The notes below the pieces were generated by a model, which had not been told where the DNA came from, ran no database searches, and was given only the letters and a program-made list of their open reading frames with translations. Shown piece after piece: positions 52,001 through 64,000 of a stretch of 64,000 nucleotides of DNA (positions within the stretch are counted from its first letter, which is position 1; every line of letters begins with the position of its first letter). A program made the position numbers and the translations under genes. Source of the stretch: Octopus bimaculoides. Lineage: Eukaryota. The stretch lies in the NCBI RefSeq assembly GCF_001194135.2, contig NC_068982.1, forward strand, positions 86,827,420 to 86,891,419, read 5' to 3'.

Positions 52001-53174
52001 TCATTTCGTTGTATCAAATAATAATAATAATTATACTTATTGACAAAATTAAATTCTTATACTCTCAAGCATATGTATCTTATATATTACGCACAAAATT
52101 CAAGCAACAAAATGTTTGAAGTTCAGTACTCGAATTCTGCTTCCGTGTCCCGTCAAGCAGAGGACTTCAAATTTGCAGTTATTATAAAGCATACACACAA
52201 CACTTTGATCTTAGCCTCTGTGTCTGTGTGTGTATATATCCAATATGTGTGCTTCTGTGTTAAATTGAGATTATTTTAAAATTTTGAAGCAAATTTAAGA
52301 ATGACAACGGAATCGGTAGATTATTGTAAAATTTGTGTTGGCAGAGACGTTAAGTTAGTTCACCTTTCAGCTTATTCAACCATTATGTATGTGTATGACC
52401 ATGTAAATAGTTTGGAAGCCTGTCGAATGGACACCTCCTGGAATTCAAAGTGTCATCTTGGTCACAGAATAACTGCTTCTGCCTACAAATTACGTTAAGT
52501 GTACACGTGTCTTGTGGAATATTTAATCACTTGGAAGCTAATTTAAAGCGTAGATTGTTTTGGCAAGAGCTTAGAACACTCATTAAACGCGAAACGATGT
52601 ATCATCATCATCACCATTACCGCTATCATTATCATCGTTTTAACATCTACTGTTCTATGGTTGCATGGGTTGGACCCATACGGGCACCGACATGATTGTA
52701 TGGTAAAGGAGTTTGCTTTCTAAAACCACACGGCTCCAGGTTCAGCCCTACTGTGTGGCACCTTGCCCCAGTGTCTTCTACTATATAGTCCCAGGTCAAA
52801 CAAAACCTTGTGAATAGATTTGGTGGAGGGAAACCGAAAGAAGCCCGTCTATGTTTGTGTCTCTTTCTCTTGACATCGCTTGGTTGTTACAAATGAATGT
52901 TATTCCTAATAGGAGAGTATTGTAGTTCGCTTGAAGCATTGGTAAACTTTTTATTGTTATTCCTAATATTCTACAAAAACTGTCTTGTCACAAGACAGCG
53001 ACAAGAAGGGCATCTGACTGTAGAAAATCCGTTTCAACCTCAAGACAACCCACGTAAGCATGGAAAAGTGGACAAAACTATGAGGATGCTGATGTATGCC
53101 CACATACAAACATACAGATCTATATATTTGTGCATACATACGCGCGCACGCACGCGCACACACACACACACACA

Positions 53175-53221
<47 letters not shown>

Positions 53222-53824
53222 ATTGAAGCCGGCACTTCACGTTTCAGAGTTTAAAGTTTTTCAAATCAGAATTTGTGTGAGCTACCGAGACATTAAACTA
53301 AAATTTGATGACTCTAACTTTGGTATCAAGTACTCTTTTTATTTACCCTTGCTGGGTTTGCACATATGCGCACTTACATATACATATATACCCAAAGAGA
53401 CTCGCACACACACCAACTGTTGTTAAACATTGGAACCACTGAAGAGCAATAATATATTTTAGACACACATTCATACATATACACTCGTGCTATGGATAAA
53501 GTTTTCCTCGCAACCTCTTAGTTTTGGGTTCAATTCCAATGCATGTAACCATGGCCAAGTGTTTTGTAGTGTAAATCAGAGTCGATCCGCGGCTTATTGT
53601 AGACGGAAAGCGCAGGAAATATGTGTATGTCTGTATCTATGCACCCCAGGTATGTATACACACGTGCTCCGAAAATTACTCAAAGCATTTTATGATGCTA
53701 ATTTGGTGTACTTATTTGGAGCTAAACATGTAAGGCTTCCTTCCGTTTCGATTACTCGAATAATTGTAATATTCATACCTATAACACACTTTCACAAACA
53801 AACTTTATTGAAACTAAATGCTTA

Positions 53825-53867
53825 TCTCATGATTAGAATTTCACGCCTATGCGATCTTCAGGCGAGA
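53825..53867 (-). ncRNA. Decayed type-I hammerhead motif in the egr intron (antisense), family 5
   Basis: Minus strand TCTCGC CTGAAGA t CGC atag GCG t GAA ATTCTAAT C ATGAGA. Confidence 0.55.
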
Positions 53868-54777
53868 ACTTAGTTCAATAAGCCATCTACGTTATGGATT
53901 GGGAACCCATCTCTCATTCGTTCGGTAGAATTCAACGAATATGTGTGTGTGTGTACTATTAAGCTATAATATTATATTATAATATGATATTAAACTATAA
54001 TACTATAGTTCAATTTAATCCTCAACAGGCTTATATAAAATAGAAAAGTCGTTAAGCGATGAGCAGGAAATGCAAAGTACAGGTATGGAATTAAAGTCGA
54101 AAAGCAATACAATCTTCTGAGATGAATAAGTGAAAGAAGAGATGCGATAAGAAAGAGTTAAAAGAAATTTAGTTGTAACGTAGGCTACCACAACTAATAA
54201 CGTCACTAACTGGTGGCAAGTCATACAAACTAGGAACAGAAAAATAAATAAACTATATTAAAATGTCATGTCAAGGTCTTTCTGGTAGTCATACACAGCA
54301 AACAGCCGATGTCTCTATCTTCTCATTTACTGTCACTTTATCTTTCTTTTTTTTTTTTTACCACACACACACGTATGTATGTATGTATGTATGTATGTAT
54401 ACACACATAGATACATATATACATGTACGTAAATGTGTATATAATGGGCGAGGGAGGGCAAGCAAACGAACCGAATCTGTGACCCAATTTGGTTTCAGCT
54501 TATACAAACGCATGTATGAATGGCACGACTAGGATTTACACTTTCACTTACGTCAATAGATCTGATCATCCATTGATAGATATTCACAAGAGCAAGCAAC
54601 CGATACATTTGTTTTTGTTTATAAATACTTATTTTCTCATACAAACAAACATGTATTCTTTTACTCGATTCAGTTATTGGACTATGGCCATCGCGTTTTG
54701 CTCAATTTGATCACTGCTGTGTACATATTTTATCGATATAGTTGTCTAGTCTCTAGGTTATGCTTTGTCAAATGTCG

Positions 54778-54825
<48 letters not shown>

Positions 54826-57689
54826 GAGTAAGCAGCAAGTTAAAAGCTCTCCAGCTGAAATTATTTGAACAATTACTAAGTTACAAGACCCCTTCCTGTT
54901 TCCCCAAAACTCCTTGTAGGGGGTCTCTAAGAAAATCAAGTAAGGGACATAACTCAAATATATTTTTCGACGTATATGAATGTGGCAAATTCTCGTGGGT
55001 GGTTCTGTGTACGCTTTTTCTGTTTCGGATTCATGTTTGTCTAGTGTATATCTTTCTGCCTGTCTATTTGTTTGTCCACATACACACACACACATGCCAT
55101 ATGACGAATAACTTCGGAAGTATGGTATATATTTGCCATCATGGGTAATATCAGAAAATATGGCGTACATGCAATAATTTTAACGTAACTTTTATCAAAT
55201 TATTTGGTGCTTTACAAAATACCGACAGGAATACTAATTGCTAATTTTCAAAAGAAAAAAATATCTATAACCGAATAAAATTAAAACAGATTTCTCATTT
55301 GTACAAGTCCTAACCATAACTACTCAGTCCTTTAGTGTCTCTCTCTCTCCTCTTCTTCCTTTGTCTCTATCAGTCTTTCTCTCTACTCATCCTGCACCTA
55401 CTCTATATGATGTAATAGCTATACACATGTATATCTATATTGTATACTTATATATACATAATATATAAAATAAACATACATATATGTAATACACACATAT
55501 ATATTATAACTACCCCTATAATAATTATGACTCAGCTTCCTACCAGTAATGGTTGACTGACAAAAAGAAGCATCTGTGTTTAACAGTGTCAGCTCAATTA
55601 CAAGTTTTTTCTTTACACCATACCCTGAAGAATCAGCTGTAACTTTGCACTGGAGCTATGAATGGAGTTCTGTTTGGAATTTGTTTGAAAGGAAAAAACT
55701 ATTTTGAATGATAAGTCTTTAGTGAAGTATATTCAGCCTAAACACTCACACACATGTATGTATAGTATGTGTGTATATATAATAGGTATACATGCATATA
55801 CATGCAATTTATGTTTTACTGTCATAGTAAATCTATATACAAGGTTGATGTTATTCCTTTTAAGTCTAACAAATAAAGCCGTTAATACATTTGTTGTTCA
55901 ATAGAATTTGGTTTAATTTTTGTCAAAACTGAACTATGATAATCCATGGGAAAGGAAAGTAATATTTTATTGATTAACACTCATAGATATATAATAAAAA
56001 CAATCCTATAGCTGTACAAAACTATTATTAAGCAAATGGTTGTATTGATTACTGTGGTTTAGCTTTGTAAATTTGTATAGCTATTAACACTAAAATAACA
56101 AAAAAATTAATGTCAAAGAAATTTGATAGATTATTTCATAGTAAATATAGTATTTAGTTTTGATACTAAGTGTTTAAAAACTTTGAAGTTAGGTTTATAA
56201 AATAAATACTAGAATTGGTTTGTGCTCAGTCAAAAGAAATCAATACATCAGTTGCTTTCCAATATACTTGATTTGGGGAAGGCAGGAATGTAGCAATTTA
56301 TTTTCTCTCACTTATGTTCCAGAAATGAATGTAGAATAAAATCACAACTTTCATCTGTTTGTTTTAAATATATTTCCATTTTAAATGATATTGTTAATGG
56401 GATAATTCACTGGTTTACTACATTTCTGAAAGTTTGTAAATCGATACAGAACAAATAACACACAGAAGCTGAACTTAAAGAGCAATGGTCTTTTGGTATT
56501 TTCTTCTCAGTGCTTACATCTTTTGCATGTTTGTGAAAGATATACATATATACTATCAAATGTTTTACATACTCTTTCTCACTCACACATGTAAATGTTT
56601 GTGTGTATGTTGAGTTTTCCTCTAAACTATGTTAGCTTGGCAAAATAGACATATGCCTTTACTTATATATATATGTATATAGGTGCTGGTGTGGTTGTGG
56701 AACAAGAAGTTTGCTTTCCAACCACATGGGCTGGGTTCAGTCCCACTGTGATGCTTTGGACCTTGTGAGTGGATTTAGTAGACAGAAACTGAAAGAAGCC
56801 TGTCATGTGTGTGTGTCTTTGTGTGTATATTTATGTTTATTTGCCACCACTTCTTGACAACTGGTGTTTGTTTGATTATGTACCTGTAACTTGGTGGTTC
56901 AACAAAAGAAATAGATAAATACTATCAGACCTTAAAAAAATAAGTCCTGGAGTCAATTTATTCAACTAAACTCCTCAAGGTAGTGCCTGAGCATGGCTGC
57001 AGTCCAGAGACTGTAACAAGTAAAAAAAATAGTAATATATATATATTTGGTAGTTATATATCTATAGTATCCTACCAACACCTGATACTTTCATAGTTAT
57101 TTTATCTCACTATGAATCCACTGTCATTGTACCTAACCATTTTTTGCATTGTATGTGTTGATGTGTCTGACATGTAAAAGGCACCCAGCACATTTTGCAA
57201 AGTGATTGGTGTTTGGAAGGGCACCCAGCCATAGAGACAATACCAAAACAGACAGATTGTCTGTACAGCTCTCTAGCTGGCCAGCTCCTGTCAGACCATC
57301 CAACCCATGCATGAAAAACGGATGTTAAACGAAGATGATGATGATGTATATACCTTTTATCTTTCCTTTTATTGGTTTCAGTCAGTAGACTGTAGCCATG
57401 TTGGGGCACTGCCTTGAAGTCAAAATTTGCCAGCAGCTTTTGTTGGTGATGCTATGACCCATAATATCACCAGAGGTCAGATTTGGCCTAACAGTTCTAA
57501 AAATGTATATGATATATACTTTTTGATTTTTACTGGTTACCAGTACTAGAATCAGTGGTGACCAGAATCAAAACTTTTGATCACAGTTCTGTATATATTG
57601 ATGCTTTCTTCATTGAGAAACGGAATTAGTATTTACAAGCAGCTGCCTACTCTACTTTTTGGTAACCATGGAGTCTGACTTGCTTGTGC

Positions 57690-57880
57690 TGGCTTATTTC
57701 CTGAAGTTACTGTAACACATTTTTAGGTAATTTGGATTACTGAACTCCAAGAGTCTTGATCCTTCATCATTCCTCATGCTAAATCTATAGCCTACATGTA
57801 TGCTAGAGAAGTCACCATGTTGTCCAATACATCTGTTAGAGCCGCCAACTGTTATAACAAAGTTGCTATCGTTCATTATT
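57690..57880 (-). mobile_element. RTE LINE AP-endonuclease fragment (intronic)
   Basis: HVGYRFSMRNDEGSRLLEFSNPNYLKMCYSNFRK resembles RNxEGxRLLEFC..NxLxIxNTxF. Confidence 0.65.
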
Positions 57881-58196
57881 ATGACAGTTGGAAAGAGGGC
57901 CTCATAAAAACAGTCTTTTTGTTCATTTGTCAGTAGTGATTATAGTGCATATATAGACATACACAGTTACTGTCATACACACTCTAAATGGAATTTACTG
58001 ATCAAATTACTGAGCAGTTTTCTAGAGTTTGAAAAACAAAGTATTTATTATTATTATTATTATTTATTGAAATTTTTATTCATTATTATCTACTTATGAA
58101 AAACTTCATTTGGCTGTCTCACTGTTTGAAATATTTAGGATGAGTGGAAATATTTGATTTTAACAATTAAATTGGTCTTATTTGTATAAGATTTGA

Positions 58197-59837
<1,641 letters not shown>

Positions 59838-60075
59838 AATATGAACTTTAGTTAAAAAATAAATAAAACACAAGATGACAAATTCTACTGGAACATTATA
59901 AAAAAGCATCTCATTGAAATTGACTGTATAAATCAGTTTTAATTAGTATTGCTTTACTAATGAAAACTTGATTGCTATGTAAAAGAAACAAAATTTAGAA
60001 TATGAAAAATATAAATTGGATTTAATTTTTTAAATGTGAACATGAAATGAGCTCAGCTTAGAAATAAATTTAAAC

Positions 60076-60139
<64 letters not shown>

Positions 60140-60850
60140 CTGTGCATTTACATTTTTTTTTATATGTGAGTAGTAACAAGAAGAAACTTTAAAGACTCAT
60201 ACAAATGGTGAAATCCAGGAAGTCCCACTGTGTGGGGCCAAATCCAAAACTTTATATAATGCACTCACATACATATGTGTGAACGAGTGGCAAATATTTT
60301 TTTCTGCTTTTTCTTGTTGAATTTTTTTTTTTAAGACAAAAATGATGTCAAATTTTTAATACATTGTGCTTGTGACAAAAACGCAGCAAACATAAGGCAC
60401 TAATTCAGCGTTTGAGAAATATATGGCAATTTTGTTTCTTTATAAATTACAAGAAATTTATGTTATATATATGTAACTAAATGAAATATATCAACCATTT
60501 CCTACAAGAAAAAACTCCCCACATTACAGTCTCACTAATTGTGAAAAACATTTACATCAATCATATTCTATGAAATTTAAAACCCTTGTATAATTGTGTG
60601 CATGCACAAGTGTATGCGTGTTGCCTAAACATTTTACAAACCCTAAGGTTAGTGGTCATGATCTGCACAAACTACTTAAAATAGATCTGTTTGTTATGCT
60701 GGTGAGCAAAGCAGAAAGTCAATTACATGTAATTAATGCGATGAGAGTTTAGATTTACATGTGAAATAGTATTTTATGCTTAATTAGAGTAAAATTTTGC
60801 AAAGAGAAATAAATAAATATAATGAAATAAAATTTTGTAGAATCCTTCCT
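59838..60850 (+). promoter_or_regulatory. Putative egr 3'UTR with AU-rich elements and several AATAAA signals
   Basis: Multiple ATTTA pentamers and AATAAA (e.g. 59858-67, ~60063, ~60808-60831). The true 3' end is unknown. Confidence 0.45.
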
Positions 60851-60946
60851 TGATCCATGAATAAACTTTTGATCTTTAAAGTGATTTAATTAGTTCTTCA
60901 GGGGATCTAATAACAAGCTATGAAAGATATATGCAATCGTCGTCGT

Positions 60947-61390
60947 CGTTTAACGTCCGCTTTCCATGCTAGCATGGGTTGGACGATTTGACTGAGGACT
61001 GGTGAAACCAGATGGCTACACTAGGCTCCAATCTGATTTGGCAGAGTTTCTACAGCTGGATGCCCTTCCTAACGCCAACCACTCAGAGAGTGTAGTGGGT
61101 GCTTTTACGTGTCACCCGCACGAAGGCCAGTCAGGCAGTACTGGCAACGGCCACGCTCATCTCGCTTGAGAAACCTCATGTGTCACCCGCACAAGAGCCA
61201 GCCCAGGGGCACCGGCAACGATCCCACTCGAAAATCCTACAACAACCCCACACAAGAGCCAGCTCAGAGGCACCGGCAACGATCTCGCTCGAAGAAATTC
61301 CATGTGTCACCCACACAAGAGCCAGCCCAGGGGCACTGGCAACGATCCCGCTCGGAAGATTTCATGTGTCGCCCACACATGAGCAATCTC
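60947..61390 (-). mobile_element. RTE LINE 3'UTR fragment with ~60-bp tandem repeats
   Basis: Matches 46022-46340; about 4 units of ...cacaagagccagcccagg(g)gcac(c/t)ggcaacgatc.... Confidence 0.8.
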
Positions 61391-62289
61391 AAATCAAATT
61401 GGTGACTGAAAGATTTTTCTCTGAACTAAAGTTACAAAAGATCATACATTTATCTCGTATTGAGAATTCATATTGTATGACGATGAAACAGTGTTTCAGA
61501 CATTGCAGGCTATTAGTAATATTTCTCAGTAATATATTTAATTTCCAATGGTGTTTGGAAATTATAAGTATCAAACATGATTTATTGAGCAACACTATGG
61601 AAACAATAATGCATCAAAGTATAATCAGTTGAATTGAATCTTCTGAATAATTCATATTTTATTGACTTAAATTTAGAAAATACAGCAATATAGCAAAATA
61701 ATGAAAGGCATCTAGTGCAAGATTATCATTTTTGTTATTTCATCAAAATTAATAATAACAATGATAATTATTACTGTCAGGTATTCTAGTACAATATTGA
61801 TTTCTTGTTAAAATCAATGTTACTCAATTGCAAACACCAGTAAGAGCCACTTAATGTCTGTTTCTTAAAACTTTGTGAAAAGGCAAAGATGTCACAATTC
61901 TTTTTGGCTTCTGACTCTACACCTAGAGAAGAAATTATTATTCTTATTATATCATCACTCATACAATGTTATAGGGGAGATGAAAAAGTATGTCTCTCTT
62001 ATTGATGTCTAAAAAAAAAGTCTAAAATATTAAATCAAATATTTAATTAGAAGAAATTAAATTGTATTTTTCATGGTTCTAATATTTTCTACTTCATTAC
62101 ATCAGCATGTTATTGCATAACAAAATTAAAGATACCTTGTTTTGACTCTACCTCTACCTCTAAGTGTGTATGTGTGTTAGTATATATGTTGCCTATTAAA
62201 TCAAACCAAATAGTTACAAATTAACACACTAAGCAAATTCTATTAATTTAAAGTGATTATACAGACATACATACAATATGTGTGTGTGC

Positions 62290-62346
<57 letters not shown>

Positions 62347-62945
62347 TACACACACACAAGCATACAGACACATCTATATTTATATAACCATACATATAAA
62401 ATTATACACATTGCATTTTTGCATGCACATTTGAAAAAGTCATGCATATGGAAATGTTTAATACAAGTGTGCATATATGCATGTATGTATGTGTGTACCA
62501 CAATATTTATACACACAAATGCTTTCATATATTTATGCACATAACCACATACACAACACTCACACATATAATATATATATATATATATTTGATAAATGAA
62601 GGAATCTAAAAAAGATATATTTTTTTAAAGTTAATGCACACTATTAAATTGGCAAATTATAATAAAATGTTAAAAATAAATTAAAAATATGATAAAATAA
62701 ATCATTTTTGAAGATGTGATCCAAAAATGCTGCCCCCTATGAAATTGTTGCTTTTATGCTTTGTTGTGTACATATAAACATTTTATTAGCTCTTCAGTGC
62801 TACTGTTGATATTCTTTGAAATTATGCATGTGTGTCGCTAGACATACATACATACATACATATATTACACACACACACATGATGTATCTATATATCGCAT
62901 ATATACACATATACATGAATACATACATGCCTACATAGACACCCA

Positions 62946-62994
<49 letters not shown>

Positions 62995-64000
62995 TTTATA
63001 CATTTGTGTATTTGTGTGTGTATGTATGCATGCATGTATGTGTGTATATACATATGTATTTATATATATGCATACATGCCACCATATTTGGATTTACATA
63101 CATATATTTGTATAAAATCTGTAAATTATATTATATATGTATGTATTTGTAATTTATGGATTATATATATCTGCATGTATTTTAAATTCAATCGTTTTCC
63201 TTTATGTTGTTCAAAAAATAAAAAAATAAAAATTGTTAAAAAAAAAAAACAAACAAAATTCCATTGAAACAAATGCATATTCTATTGCTGGCAAAGAATC
63301 GAAAATCATGAAAAAATAAAATATAAACATAAAAAAGAAAAATAGCATTAAATTTAGAAAATCTGCCATCTGGTATTTTTAAGTTATAAAAATAAAGATA
63401 TATATGTATATATAAATATATATATGTATGTGTATATATATAATATATATATAATATATATATAAATATAATAATGTACTTGTTTGTTTTAATTGATTTA
63501 TTTGTATTGTGATTAACAGCTTTTCAGATTCAGTTCCAAGTGGCTGAAATATCTTTCTTTTTGGTTTTAATTTTTTTGTAAATGGTTTTCTTCATCACTG
63601 AAACTTTAGGCAAAATAATTAAATTTTCCTTAATGAGTGTTAGGAGATTAATACTTAGCCATTTTAGTGATAGTACTTATGTGGTGTATGTCTCAATTTG
63701 CTGTTTCAAAGACGAATGTGACAAAAAAAATTAGAATATATTTGTTTTATGCAAACGAATCTGGAAACACTGATATGACATATATTCCTGGTACAAGAGA
63801 AATACTATGAGTTTATGGTGGAAAATATCTGAACATAAAGGCCTTGCAGACAAGTGATGGCACATGGAATGGAATGGTTGTATTTTACATACCAATTTGG
63901 ATAAATCAATTATAAAACATTGGCACTGGTACATACATACATATGTACATACATACATATATACATACATACATATATACATACATACAAGTGCTATGAA

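Noticed and set aside
61150-61380. ~60-bp repeats resembling a CRISPR array
   Set aside because: These are tandem units without unique spacers within an RTE 3'UTR, in a eukaryotic context.
63731-63982. 83-aa minus-strand ORF and moderately complex sequence near the window end
   Set aside because: No recognisable motif, weak splice signals, and the ORF starts in a microsatellite.

Overview
AT-rich, repeat-dense animal genomic scaffold with 8 N-gaps and many (AT)n/(CA)n/(GAT)n microsatellites. The repeat landscape looks like an octopod cephalopod genome (inference). One clear host gene is present: a two-exon EGR/Krox C2H2 zinc-finger immediate-early gene (CDS 48800-49013 + 58246-59837, 601 aa, 9.2-kb phase-1 intron). 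Its promoter has three perfect CArG boxes, Ets and CRE-like sites, a CCAAT box and a TATA box. The rest is mostly decayed mobile DNA: Tc1/mariner (one nested in a maT-like element), RTE and CR1-like LINE fragments, Gypsy fragments, two clear Penelope-like elements (PLEs), tRNA-head SINEs and MITEs. The main unexplained structure is a set of seven type-I hammerhead-ribozyme-like motifs from about five sequence families, found by eye, two with a swapped G3-C8 core. Four ~200-275-nt fold-back hairpins are also present, apparently built from PLE-like 3' termini ending at (AT)n tracts. Most ORFs in the supplied track are microsatellite or gap artefacts. Repeat boundaries are read by eye and approximate unless a TIR or TSD is stated.
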